In this document: in pieces, positions 24,480 through 38,514 of the stretch | Layout: each line of letters begins with the position of its first letter | Position numbering within the stretch: position 1 is the first letter of the stretch | Assembly (NCBI RefSeq): GCF_001194135.2 | Contig: NC_068992.1 | Span: 35,673,327-35,732,307 of the forward strand | Direction of reading: 5' to 3' | Source of the DNA: Octopus bimaculoides | Lineage: Eukaryota | DNA length: 58,981 nt | Position numbers and translations under genes: made by a program | The notes under the pieces: model-generated | The model's database searches: none | Seen by the model: the letters and a program-made list of their open reading frames with translations, nothing else | What the model was told of the DNA's origin: nothing

Positions 24480-27400
24480 AGGAGGAGAACACGTTTAACA
24501 TGTGAGAGCGATAAAACACTGCTCCGAAATTTATCCAAAAACATCATTGAAAATAAAACATCGCATGGAGCCAAAAATAGCTGACAAAGGGTTGGACTAT
24601 ATCCGAGTAAGTAATACTCATTGAAATTCATTTCTATTTTTTCAAATGAAATGATGTATTTTAACTGGATATCATCTCCACTGCTCGAACTGCACATGTA
24701 AACACGCTTGATACATTACGATTACGATCCATCAACACCAGACAATCTCCGGCCACAAACACCATGTACAAAAAAATTACAAATAAATTTTAAAATACCG
24801 GTATTATTTAACCCAAGAATAACAATCGGGAAGTGCGTACTTTAAACTTGTTACACAAAATGTACGAAAAACTACACGTGCAAAACAATCTATCAACAGA
24901 AATGAACGAACCGGTACCCTACGAAAATGATGACCGTCAAAATAAAGGGCCGGACGTTGTTCCTCATGTCTTGCAAATAAAACCAAAAAGGTATAAATGG
25001 ACACGTGAGGAATATATTTCAATCCTACACGCTTAGTTTACAGCAATGCTCTACCCAAAGAACGAAAACTCAACAACACATACATATAAAATATGGAAGA
25101 AAAATAACTTAAATAAAGACTTGGATACAGCAATGAACCCTAATAAACTAGCTAACATACGAAGATATATCCTCAAAGCAAAAGAAATATCAGAAATAGA
25201 AACAGAACAATTGAAAGGAAAAATACATCAGGAAAATCTAGATAGTAGCCACACAACAATACCAAATAATATAAACACTGAGATAGTAAAACACGAAGAC
25301 AAACGTAACATTTCCAACAAAACGAAGTAAACAAAAAACAACAAACCCAGACCGGAGAGATGTATAATTATGTACAAAAAGCACCAATCCAGAACACCAC
25401 AGACAAACATGAATGAAAAGGAAGGCGAAACAAATCTAAAATCTGGAAACAGTGTAGGAGAACCTAATGATTATGATTCTATAAAAATGAGAATAACCAA
25501 AGAACTAAAAACCACAGATCTTAGAATGACCCCACAGATTATACCTCACAAAAATCAAAATAGACAATAAAACAACCTTAATAATAATAGCATAAACCTG
25601 GCTGTCACGGAACTAATAGCCACAGAAACAAATGGCAATATCACTGAGCTAAATAACATAATATATGCAGCAGCCACTGCAGCCACAAAAGAAGCAGGAT
25701 ACTCCCTCAAACCCATCCAAACAGGAGTTCCACCACCCAAACAAACCCTGAGGATAAATAATATCCAAAACAAAATTTAAAAAAAGAGAAAAGATCTGTC
25801 GATTCTTAACGAAATTAGTAGACAATCAACACTACTAAGAAACAAGAAGAAAACAAAAATACTGTACAAATACATTACAGAAAAAGATTTACCTGAGGTA
25901 AAAGAAAAGCTAAAGCAAGATATCCTTGCCAAAGCACAAAGGATCCGCCGATATGAGAAACGCCAACGTTTCTTTGAACAAAACAAACAGTTCAAATTCA
26001 ACCCCCAAAAATTCTACCAAGAACTTGGAAAAAATAAAATAGACATTACTGCATCACCAACAGCAGAAGTGGAAGAATTTTGGAAAGAAATATGGTCGGT
26101 GAAGAAACAACCTCAGAAAATTACTATTAAAACAACGAACGTAGCACCTGAGTAACTCTAGACCCCTATAACAACTGAAGAGGTCACCCAGGCACTGCAA
26201 AGACTAAGCAACTGGAAGGCACCTGGGCACGACAAGATCCCCAACTTCTGGTTAAAATATCTGACAGGAATGCACAAAAAGCTGGCTGAAAACTTTAACG
26301 ACATACTAGCAGAGCCAGAGACAATGCCTGAATGACTCACGAAAGTGAAAACCATCCTAATTCCCAAATCCACAAAACTACAGACCTATAACCTGTCTCT
26401 CTACAATCTACAAAGCCTTTACTACAATAATACTGCAAAGATTGAGTAAGCACCTGGAAGAAAACAGCCTGTTTCCATAAGAGCAGAAGGGATGCTGCAA
26501 GGGCTCATACGGCTGTAAAGATCAAATAATGATCAATAAAGCCATAATTGAAGACAGCCGCAGAAAAAAGAAGGGCCTCAGTATGGCCTGGATCGACTAC
26601 AGAAAGGCTTTTGATAGTGTTCTCCACACGTGGATCCTCGAAACACTAGCCATAAGCAAGGTGGCACCAATAATTATAAAATACATAAGACACTCCATGA
26701 ATAAATGGCAGACAGTGTTACAGCTCCAAACAAAAGAGGGACTCATGAAAACCAAAGTCATCTCCATTAGAAGAGGAATATTCCAAGGAGACACGCTCTC
26801 ACCACTCCTGTTCTGCTTGATACTGACACATTTATCTGACATGCTAAATAGAACTGGATGCGGATACAAATGTTACGGCAAAACAATCAGCCACCTCTTA
26901 TATATGGATGACCTAAAACTATACGCTACAAATGATAAAAAGCTGGAAACACTACTAAAGACAGTACATGGCTTTACCAAGGAAATAGATATGAAGTTTG
27001 GCTTAGAAAAATGTGCTAAAGCAACCTTGAAAAGAGGAAAACTAGTTAAGAGTAGCAACATCACACTAGATAAAGCCAATGAAATAAAAGAATTTGACCA
27101 AAGCCAGACATGCAAATATTTAGGAATCAATGAACTAGATACGATACAACACACACAAATGAAAGAAAAAATAAAGAAAGAATACTATAGACGAGTTAGA
27201 TCAATAGTAAAAACAGAACTCAATGCTAAAACAAGATAATAGGTATTAACACTTTAGCCGTCCCAGTTATAAGTTACAGCTACAATATCCTTAACTGAAC
27301 ACTAAACGAACTAACGAAAATAGACAAGAAAACAAGAAAAATAATGACAGGATCTAGGATGCATCACCCAAAATCTGACATAGAAAGGCTATATATACAA

Positions 27401-27648
27401 CATACAGAAGGTGGGAGAGGCCTTATACAGCTGGAAAACTATTATGAAATAACCGCCATAGGACTGCAAAAATACCTACTTCAGAAGCAAGGAAAACTAA
27501 TACAAATAACCACAAAACACGAGCAAAACAAAAAAAAAACTGTTTTCAGTATTTAAGGAAGCTGAGAAATACAAGCAAGAAATCATACTACCTAATAAAT
27601 ATGAAGAAGAGGAGGACTTTCCTTTAAGTAAACAACGCACCGAGTAAT
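24480..27648 (+). mobile_element. Longest R4/Dong-type LINE copy (E), N-terminus plus RT, 3'-truncated, with multiple stops and frameshifts; 5' boundary uncertain
   Basis: RYKWTREEY, KAPGHDKIPNFWLK, AWIDYRKAFDSV, RGIFQGDTLSPLLF, HLLYMDDLKLY, GGRGLIQLE. Confidence 0.92.
26529..27239 (+). pseudogene. Reverse transcriptase core of the R4/Dong LINE (longest open segment, 236 aa)
   Basis: ORF track; RT motifs including YMDD. Confidence 0.9.
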
Positions 27649-27854
27649 CTGGATACGATATGATATATATCCACCATTGCACCTATAATTATCACTGGAA
27701 AATACCCACACGGATTCTTTACATGGATATTTACTGTTGGAATGGAACTATACTCCAAGTACTTTTTCTTCTTTGTTGTTTCTTCTCCGCATCTCTGCCA
27801 TTTCTTAACTGCAAATCTCATATAGATGTAATTATCCATTCGTCTACTATTACC

Positions 27855-27902
27855 GTCTCCGATGAAGGGTTACATTGAATTTTCCCTGAAACAGCTGTAA
27901 GA
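27855..27902 (+). ncRNA. Type I hammerhead motif (U4C variant) in a pLTR-like segment (~27650-27958)
   Basis: gucu-CCGAUGA-aggg...cccu-GAAA-cagcuG-UA-agac; palindromic stem III acagcugu. Confidence 0.7.
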
Positions 27903-27954
27903 CATTCTACATAAAATATAAATTTACTTATGCCATTGGTCTCTTTATCTCTTC

Positions 27955-28001
<47 letters not shown>

Positions 28002-28184
28002 CGTATGTATGTATGTATGTATGTATNNNNNNNNNNNNNNNNNNNNNNNNNNNNNNNNNNNNNNNNNNNNNNNNNNNNNNNNATATATATATATATATAT
28101 ATACATATATACATATATATGTACATATATACATATATATATATGCATGCATACATACACACACACACATATATATGTATATAC

Positions 28185-28215
<31 letters not shown>

Positions 28216-28499
28216 TGCATGTATGTATGTATGTATGTATATAAGCCTAGAAATTAAGGATATAAACTTACATACATTATTGAGTTTAAATTTTCCCCAG
28301 TTTATATATGCAAATTTGTGTCATCGCAAACAGGCATATAATTCCTTACTACTTTCTCATATTTGACCCAGCGAAATATTCAGTGGCTGAGAGCGAAATA
28401 AAACTGAAGTCTGCAACATCATGCAGCTGCTTCTCATTTCAACTACTTATATTCGAACAATATAAAATGAGAATGCCTTGCTCAACACGCTTCATTTCA

Positions 28500-28540
<41 letters not shown>

Positions 28541-28601
28541 NNNNNNNNNNTCTAGATGTTCTGCGTTCTTGTCCCATTTTGTATGTTTTTTAACATATAA
28601 A

Positions 28602-28642
<41 letters not shown>

Positions 28643-29469
28643 TGTGTATGTATGTATATATATAACTATTTGAAGAAATAAAATAATAATAATCGTGTTT
28701 AGATTTTCACTAAAGGTTTTTTAAATATTTTTACATTTCAAAAACACTTTTAATAAATTTCAAAATTCAAATTTCTGAAAATGAGATATTCAGATTTTTT
28801 CACCCTATTTTACCCCTGGGTTTCGTTACCACACTCCTTGAAGTTTTATGATCTCTGAACAGTGAGAGAAAAAATAAAACAGAACAGAAAATTTTTTTTT
28901 TAATTATTCAGACATTTCAAAGGTCAGACTTTTGAATTTCTAAAATTTTTAGTGTTCTAAATTTTTTTCCGTACAAATCTAATGACTAGTATTATTATTA
29001 CTATTTTAAATATCAGAAAATAAGATGGATGATGATATAATCATATAAAAAGCGAAAACTGTTAGATGTAATTTTAACTATGGGATTCTATGGAAATCTG
29101 TTTGTAGATATTTCAAGCAAAAACATGGGAACGGGTATTAAGAATGCATATAGATATAAGTGTATATACATACATATGTGTGTATTTTTGTCTTTGCAGA
29201 AATTGAAATAAGCCGAAATCTAACTAGCAAACTTCGACGCATCGTCACATATGTACATGTGAGTATATGAGTATGATTTTACCTGCTCATTTAATGTATA
29301 TCTAACCTTCTTTCTCATTATACATTTTCTAATTTCCAGTCTTTGTCTTTCTTTTAAATTTGCATACTTCTATTTTGTTTTTAAACCTTCAGTGAAACTA
29401 CACTAATTAAATCAAAAAAATATATTATACGAAAAATTAACAAATTTATTAACGGTACCTTTGTTTTAG

Positions 29470-30050
29470 TTCTCTTTATACATGCACAAATTCCTGATTG
29501 GGTGATTGCCCATTTCAAAAGTAGTTGCTGGAATTGACTGATATAGCACTTAATGAAAATGATCTCTCCAGTGCGTTGCTTGTTCCTCTTCCGTTGTATG
29601 CTGTTAACCACCCTTAACTTTGATCCGTTCATTGAGATTACCCTTCGCACTTGTAAAATCGCACACGACCTTTTATAGAATTTACGAGTCGTTTCAGTTT
29701 GCAACTACTTGAGCTTCCAAACTTTTTTTCTAGCCACTGTTGTTTTTCTCTTCTACGCATTTCCTACATTTCCTGCCGAATTCTACGGATAGTCTTCATG
29801 ATAGAACTTCCACTCGTCGGCTAGATTTCTTCTTTGATCACGCTTTGATTTGGTCTGCTTCCTTTCATCGATACAAGTCCATATCTCTGCTGTTATTCAC
29901 ACATCTGCCTAAAATGATACTTGCACTTTCTGGTATAGCCTGTTGAAACAGCTTCCACTTCTCCTCAATATCGTTAGCATGACACAGTGCTTCAAATCTG
30001 TTGCTCAGATCGTGGTCACAAAGTCATGAGGTCCTCCCATCCCTGATATA
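29470..30050 (-). mobile_element. Decayed RTE-clade LINE fragment (region between APE and RT)
   Basis: DLSNRFEALCHANDIEEKWKLF...ILGR, TRKFYK, EEEQATHWRDHF. Confidence 0.65.
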
Positions 30051-30700
30051 CAACGCCTCATATACAACAATGACAAACTTCAGGTCGTAATTCGGCATTT
30101 TGTTACGCACAACCTGGCGGTGATCATGGAAGATACCTTGCTTATTAACTCTGCAGTTTCAGTCGAGGAATACACTTGAACTACGGTAATTTTTCCGTGT
30201 TTGGTTTGAAACCGTGTTGTTATATACCGCTCACTTATTGGTTTCTAGCCAACCAATGCTGCCGGCACTTTCTTGGCTATAGTATGAATATTTATATAAA
30301 TTTGTGTACGAATATATACACAAACTTATAAATACACATTCGCATGAATTTACAACACTACCATAAATAAATTTTTTACGCCAAAATATGCGAAAAGGTA
30401 TGTAAAACTCTGCAATCGTGTGTACATGTGTCCAAATACGAACTATACTTAAAATGCATAATGACGGTTCGGTTATGGGAGCCAGTGCATGTGTGTGTAT
30501 TTATCAATGCATGCCATGCATGGACATAGACGTGTGTATATGAGGAATTTGAATTTATCCCAGGGAAAAAATAATTGGGAGTTGTACTCCTTGGTATGTC
30601 TAATTGTTTATTCCAAAATCTATCGCGATCTCATATGACTTCGTTGTATTTTCATCCAAGATGGAGATGAACATTAACGTCCCATGTGGAAGGCTTGCTA

Positions 30701-30749
<49 letters not shown>

Positions 30750-30779
30750 CATGTATGTGTGTGTATAAATATATATATG

Positions 30780-30815
<36 letters not shown>

Positions 30816-31018
30816 NNNNNNNNNNNNNNNNNNNNNNNNNNNNNNNNNNNNNNNNNNNNNNNNNNNNNNNNNNNNNNNNNNNNNNNNNNNNNNNNNNNNN
30901 NNNNNNNNNNNNNNNNNNNNNNNNNNNNNNNNNNNNNNNNNNNNNNNNNNNNNNNNNNNNNNNNNNNNNNNNNNNNNNNNNNNNNNNNNNNNNNNNNNNN
31001 NNNNNNNNNNNNNNNNNN

Positions 31019-32770
31019 TGTCTTCAGCTCTCGTGTTGAATGCGTTTCTTCTTTATCCTTTTTTCTTCTGTCCTTTGGTTTCTTCGATGCAGCGTCAACC
31101 AATGTCAGCGGACGACTGACCATCCTGCCAAATCTTCCTTTAAATACTCGCCGGTAGGTTCCAGTAACCAGCACCAGCTAAGTGTCACGTGACACTGTCT
31201 AAGTTTCAACTGACCAATGGAGGAGACGGGCGGGTAGTTTTAGCCCACGCGCTCTCTAAACCTGTCTTCCAGCAGTGTCACGTTAGTTTCACTTCCAGCA
31301 GCCAGAGCCCACCAGCTGTTTGATGGTACAAACCTTCGAACTAGAGGAGGGGTTACTATGAATGAGACCGCTACCTTGGCCCACCTGTCAATCAGCGATG
31401 CTGGTTAAGTGTAAGCCAGCTTCACCTAGCGACGCTATTTCCCAGTCGGCACGTTATGGCTTTCAAGCCATTTTGGGCCTTCTTGCTTGAGCCATATATA
31501 GAAGCTGGCTTTTTCGATTGCTTCCTTATTACTTTTCTCAGCTCTGAGCTCGAGAATGCAAACCTTCTTTTAAATAACGTCGTCAATTTCCTTTCAATGA
31601 AGCCTCTAGACCCCACTGCCAGTGGGTAATACTCGACAATCCATCCCTGTTCTCCGCACTCTTCTCCTTCTGTTGCTCTGCATTAGTGATGTTCTCTTCC
31701 CATGGCACTGTCAGCTCTAGAAAAATTCCAATTCTCCGTTCTGTGTTCCATAGGATTAAGTCCGGTCTTTTCATTGTTTTTTATGAGTGGAAATATTAAC
31801 AGTCTTTCCAAATCTGCGACCAGCTCCCAGTATCATTTCCATCTTTCGTCTGTCTCGTATATTTTATTTAAAGGCCTGGTCTTATTCCTTTTCCCTCCTT
31901 CTGGGAGTATATTTTTCTGCGCTTTTCCACTTTTGGGTATTTTCCCCTATTATATCCCTCGATCTTCTCCTTGAGTACTCCGCTTATGACACCAAGAACT
32001 TGATTGTGACGCCATGTATATATGTCTAGTGCTAACAGTTTTACAGAATATGTCTCACCATCGCTTTCTCTCCGCATCTACATTCATCAGTTGTTTGTAT
32101 GTTCCACCGGACTAAATTCACCAGTGAAGGTAAAACATCGAAGATAGACTTGATCAGGAAGGATGGCCTTGCTTTTCTCCAAGCCCAAAGTTCCTTCCAA
32201 GATATTCTGCGACTGACTACATATTCCTCCCATCTCAGGCACTGCACCTGTTGACTACATTGCACCAAATGTACATTTCGCCTTTCTTCTTCTTCCTTTC
32301 TCACTTCGTGTACCACTGCCTCCTTCATCTCTTTTACACTGCTCATACAAAATGGCTTGAAATTCTGAGACCCTAGATCGGCTCTTGCTTCTTGCGTCGC
32401 TCCGACTATATCAGGGTGCCTTAACTTTCCGATCGCCCTGTTTGCTGCCTCTCCCACTTTCCATTTCCTCCCTGTTCGTACTTTTGGAGGGTTTTCTCGG
32501 ATGTTCTGATCTTTCGAATACCTTAGTATCATTACTGTTCTTGCCTTTCCCGTCTTACATTCTTTGGCGATTGATGTTATCGATAGTTGCGATTGATGTT
32601 ATCGATAGTTGCGATTGATGTTATCGATAGTTGCGATTGATGTTATCGATAGTTGCGATTGATGTTATCGATAGTTGCGATTGATGTTATCGATAGTTGC
32701 GATTGATGTTATCGATAGTTGCGATTGATGTTATCGGTAGCTGCAGCACGGGTTTTCCAGTTGTCAGACT
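31019..32770 (-). mobile_element. Hero-type RLE LINE, 5'-truncated (copy 1), with long 3' UTR running into a gap
   Basis: VRTGRKWKV...DIVGATQ...SFLIKSIFDVLPS, YTWRHNQVL, RPDLILWN...FLELTVPWE, VGSRGF. Confidence 0.88.
32567..32742. repeat. 22-bp minisatellite, 7 identical units plus 1 variant
   Basis: (gcgattgatgttatcgatagtt)x7 followed by gcgattgatgttatcggtagct. Confidence 0.97.
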
Positions 32771-34749
32771 ATCATTAATTGGTTTCACTCCATTGTAGAT
32801 ATGTGCGGCGTGTGTATGTAAACATATACAAAGATATATATATGCACATACACATACATACACACACACACACATATGCATTATGTAAGTTGTTTGTGTG
32901 TGTATGTGTGTCTGTGTGTGTATGTGTGTGTGCGTGTATGGGTGTGTGTGTGTGTAAACATGTATACGTATCTATGTATGATATGGTAAATACATGAGCT
33001 AGGTAGATTAGGTTAAGAGTCGTTTTCATGTGCAACAGAAGTAACGAAGATCATAAAAACAGGCCGTCTTGTTTTCAATACCTTATCGACTCGACTTGAC
33101 GACCGACATCTCCCTTTAGTACAATTACAGATTATTTAGAAAGATTATTCATTCTTGTAAATGGTTACAAGATGTAGGGGTCTTGATGTCAGCCGTTATG
33201 GAATTTTATCGACTACAAAACCCATTCCAGAGAGAAATGGGTTTCAAAAAATGGAGTTTTATTTAAATCAATACATCGTTCCCCTTTCAATAAAAGCTAT
33301 CATAAGCGTCTCTAAATTTTACACGGGTAACTGAGTGAAAGCTACAGGGTTCTGTGTTTCTCTCTGAGCTTCCACCAATTTTTCCTTCATGAAATTCACC
33401 GGTTTATACATTTTCGCTTATTATTTTGTTTATTATTATATTTAAATTAGTATTACATACACAAAATTCATAATCGCTACTTTTCGTTCTGTTTTTGATC
33501 TTTGCTTTTAATAGTTTTGGTATGTTTTGGACGATAAAGAAATTATTATTATTGTTGTTGTTGTTGCTGTTGTTCTTTTTATTGTTATTATTATAATTAT
33601 TATTGGCATTATTATTATTACTATTATTAATATTTTATTATCATCATTATATTAAAGACTGTAAATGGCACAAGGTTAATAACATAGCCAACGAAATATT
33701 ACATAAATATTGAAGATAAGAGAAACATTGTTAAATGCGTTTGTAATAAAATTGATTTATGTCGAATCGTTTGCGTCAGCGATAAAGGGCAAAGTTTAGG
33801 CGAACAAAACTAAGATTAGATTTAAAGATGAAAGGTGAGAGGAAGTTTCCAGGGCACGCTACGTATTACAGTACGCAAATAGAATTAAGTGGAATAACTA
33901 CAACAGTAATAATATTGACGGCAGAAGACCAATGATAAAATAGATCGCTCCATCACTGAAATGTGAATACTTGATAGTAGTTACTTGCAAGGAAGTTTGA
34001 GTTTGGAGGATGAAATGTTAGTGGCAGTAGTTATAGTGGTGTGGTAACTGTGGTAATTTGGTTATTTCATCGTTAGTGCAGTGGGGCCTACAGTGAAGTT
34101 AGTCATGTTACTGTGATGTTAACTATAAACAGAAACAATTGTGGTTATAGATGATGAGGAATACAAAGTTATTTATTGCAGTAGTGGAATATAAGTGGCA
34201 AGATCAATAGCGCTAGAGAGGTTGTAGTGGTGTGATCTAATAATGATATCATTACTGAATTATGCTATTGTACTATTTATTGTTAGAATGGTTGCTGTAT
34301 CTATTGTTACAACCATAAAGCATATTGAATTCTTGCATTTGAATGAGAGAGCACAGTTAAATAAAACAACCACAATACATTGCCCATAGTTGTTCCGAGG
34401 ATTTGAGAAAGATGAAATGTAAAGCTGTCTTCGGAATGATTTGGACTTACAACGGAGAAGTACAAAATGTAATGTTATCAGTCATCTAGTTGAGTACCCA
34501 GCCATTTATGTATTACCATCATCTATTGACTTCTTTTGTAGGCCTATCTCCTCAAAAAGACTTCTTAATTTTTTTCTTTTTAGATAGGACATGAGTGTAT
34601 ATATATATGTAAAATAATTCTTCTAATATTGACACCAAAAAACAAACAAGCTTCTTTTTTCTTGCAGTTTGTTCATGAGATAGATTTAGTAAGTTACCCG
34701 GTTTAAAACCAGCCAACATGCTGATTTTAAATGCATTTACTGTGGACTA

Positions 34750-36220
34750 TCCATGATAACAACCTCAAGTTATTCTGTGTCGAATTTGTTTATATTCTTC
34801 CTCAACTGCCAACAGTTATACGCGTATTCATTAGTCTGTCATGTATTTCTTCTCATATCTCTTTCAAATCATTATCATTAATTCATTCAATGCTCACAAT
34901 TCTTTTTCAGTCATAGTTCTCCCATGATAATGACACTGGAAATACACCCAAAATTCATTATGAATTTTCGCCGTACTATGTTGCTAATTGAACGCCAATA
35001 CTTCAAGCATTATTGACTATTGACAATTTTCTCACTCAGCAATCACTATTTTTACCCAAAAAGAATGGCATGACAACTGCCTAATCAAGGTGGGTTGACC
35101 CACCTTTTTCTAGTACTCAATAATAACTTCCCGTTGATTGTTCTAACATGCCAAATCTGGTGGAGGACTAATATTAACAACATATCAGCAGTAAATGAAT
35201 TTATTCTTTAATCCTTGTAACGTAAAAATAGTGGGTGTTATATTTCTATATACATTGTTTCATGTTCCTTTTACACAAAGGGCCAAACCCTTTTACACAA
35301 AAGTCCCAAGTTTTTCTCTTGCAGATTAGCTGTTGCTATACAGACGAAAACTACATCTACTGGATCCCATTGCCTACTAAGTGCAAGGTGTTCATTCCAG
35401 CAATGTCGGTAAGATGTTTTCTAGAGAAGAGAAGTTCATATCATACGGATTGTAGCTTTCTTTCCAACCAATTGCGACAGAAGTTTCTACAAACAAGTGT
35501 CTATTAGTAATGCATATCTAACTGAACACTCCTCGACTAACATGAGCCTGTTGCTGGTTTTGTTTCCAAATCCTCACTGTACATGACTTGTCAACTACTA
35601 TCCTAAGGCAATCACTCCATATCTTATCCCCCCTTAATTTTCCCTCCCTTTTATATGATGAATTTTATACCTTACTAAGTTTCAGCTCTTCAGAATATTT
35701 AGCTTCACACACAGTGTTACTGCCTTTCAAATATTTTTAAAACTAAACATTGAAGCACTTTACTTTTACGAATATACTAGCGTAAGCACTCATCTATCGA
35801 ATTTATCAGTCTGTCGAATATTTATAAAAAACTTTACTTGCCTCCAGGTCACATTCTATCTACAAGGGAAGGTCATGCCTTCATGCTCTTTCTTTTGCGA
35901 ATTATTTCTTGCAGATGGTACAAATATTTAAGCTCCTTTAACTTTTAGCACATAAGGGTTATTTATATATAACCTCGACACTCCATTGCACCATCCATAG
36001 GCTTGAAGAGCATAAGCCTAATCTCATAGCCACTATCCTTTACATATCTAGTAAGGAGCACACCCCTACTATTTATAAACAACACAATTATTGTCTTTCA
36101 ACTTCTCCACAAACGCTTGGACACAGTACACTTTCTCATAGCGTTTTGAACATCCATTTATTATATTCTAAACTATATCAGGTGATTTTTCACTTAATCT
36201 ACATAAAAGTGTGACTGCTA
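34750..36220 (-). mobile_element. Possible ancient APE-type LINE (CR1/L2-like) endonuclease remnants
   Basis: SPDIV..., RGVLL..YVKD-like and IIMGE.-like motifs in broken frames. Confidence 0.3.
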
Positions 36221-36224
36221 AAGT

Positions 36225-36655
36225 TTTTCAAGTAAAACTTGAAAAGGAAATTGAGGGTCGAAGGGGAAATGCTGTCCTTGAGTGAGTTTATTGAAAGGTG
36301 GGTGGGAATTGAGAAAAGGACAAACGTGGATGGTACCGCTCTAAGTGTGGACCTGTGAGTCAGTGAAAGGGAATTGGAGAGGGCACTTGCTGGTGGTGTT
36401 CAGTGAGATCTCGGATAACGGGGTTCCTCGATTATCCCAAGAAGTCATCCTGTATCAAGACTACATCTCTATCATTCCTCCCATTTTTGTTAACCTTTGT
36501 ATGCTATGTACATTTTCCTTCCCTTTCATTCTATATTGTGTACATTTACTCCTTTTTTCTTTATTTCTTTTATCATTTCATTATATGTAAACCCCAACAC
36601 TTTATGTTTATTTTGTAATGTACCCCTCGTCATTCGCCCTGGTGGAAAATGAATG
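36225..36655 (+). mobile_element. L1/Tx1-like LINE ORF2 C-terminus plus 3' UTR
   Basis: NLKRKLRVEGEMLSLSEFIERWVGI, then a T-rich UTR ending at an (ATT)n tract. Confidence 0.6.
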
Positions 36656-36657
36656 AA

Positions 36658-36716
<59 letters not shown>

Positions 36717-36747
36717 TATTATTATCATCATCATCATTATCATTATT

Positions 36748-37617
36748 GAGTGAGAGAGCGGCGAATTCCATCAAAGTGACATTGAGGTATAAATATACGA
36801 ATCCCATGACAACCAGTCTGATAAAGGTACAACAGACATATGCAGTGAAGTCCAGTTACAATGTTCTTCAGGTCGAGTAGCCCATCCAACTGAAACTGAC
36901 TCTGAATAAGGTTTGTTTAAGGTTGTTGAACGGAACACCCTTGATTCCAGAGGTGAATTATTCAAATCCCGAAGAATTTCTCACAACACATGGCTATGAT
37001 TCTTGCCCACTACTGCTCGTGATCAGAGAGGCACATATTGTCAGCCACCAAGGGACATGCTCAACTAGTTGGGATCAAACAACTGACAAGCAAAGATGTG
37101 GTACAGAGCAGAATATTTGCTGCAGGCCATGTTTCACACTAAGACAAAACTTGTATTTGATAACACCTCCAATCATTTGAGATCAGAAGTCATGAGAGAC
37201 ATTATTATTATTATCATTATTATTATTGAGTGAGAGAGCAGTGCATACCATCGAAGTGACACTGAGATAAAATCCCATCATGACTACCCGTCTGATAAGG
37301 GTACACCAGGCACATGCATCACAACCATATGTGTGTGACATGGTGATCTCATATCAAGATAAACAGCGCATGACCTCGCAGGTAGAATTTCCTTCATGTC
37401 TAGTAGCCAATCCCGCTCAAAAGGTCCCTGAATAAGCTTTGTTTAAGGATGTTGAGCAAAACACCCATGTCTCCAAAGGTGAATTATTCATACCCCAAAG
37501 AATTCCTCTCAACGCATAGCTATGATGCTCTCCCACTACTTCTGCTCATGATCAGAGATGCACATATCATCAGCCACTAAGGGACATGCTCAACTGGTTA
37601 TGGTTAAACAACTGACC
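36748..37617 (-). mobile_element. Two tandem, 5'-truncated copies of the ~545-bp element (E4 36748-37200, E5 37228-37617)
   Basis: Colinear with E2/E3; (ATT)n on both sides and between the copies. Confidence 0.88.
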
Positions 37618-37622
37618 TATTA

Positions 37623-37712
<90 letters not shown>

Positions 37713-37747
37713 TTGGTGCTGTTGTTGTTATTGTTATTATTATTATT

Positions 37748-38445
37748 TACTTTTTATCTGCATGTTTGTTTCAGTCACTTGCCGAGACACACCCAGGCGA
37801 GTGAAAGATAAAAGATGTTACAGTATGACTGGAAGCTTGGGGAGAGGAGGTAGCGAATTATCTTCATGTAATAAAACACAGACATTTAAATGGATAGGGT
37901 TTTTCTAAGGATGTGGGCCGTACTTATCTGCGCAATCTCTTGGATTTCTCTGTGACATGGTTCTCCTGGGATCTTATCTAAACGTTTCTGACATCCGTTT
38001 CTTATCATACCTAGGGCACCTACAATAACAGGAACAGTTCTCGTTTTTCAATTTCCAGGTCCTTATATTTACTTAATTTGTCAAATTCCTTAACAGATAT
38101 ATTTGTATCAGTGGGAACACTTACATCTACTAATCTACAAGTATTTTCTTCCCTGTCTTTAATAATTATGTCTAGTCGATTGGCCTGGATCGTTCTGTCA
38201 GTGTTGACTGGAAAATCCCAGAGGATAGTAACAATTTTACCTTCAACGACTGGCTCAGGATGACGTTCATACTAGTATGCAGGAGTGCTGATTTTGTAGT
38301 GTTTACATATTTTCCAATGTAAATACTGTCCTACCCTATCATGTATTCTTCTGGTATCAGTACAGGACATCCCGAGACGAGATCGTCTATTCTTTCGTCT
38401 GTCAGTACAGGACATCCCGGGACAAGATGATCTATTGTTTCGTAT
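37748..38445 (-). mobile_element. R4/Dong-type LINE 3' fragment (copy D, same subfamily as C)
   Basis: HDRVGQYLHWKICKHY; 3' UTR similar to 6745-6910; microsatellite on both flanks. Confidence 0.88.
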
Positions 38446-38479
38446 TATTATTATTATCATTATTATTATTATTATTATT

Positions 38480-38514
<35 letters not shown>

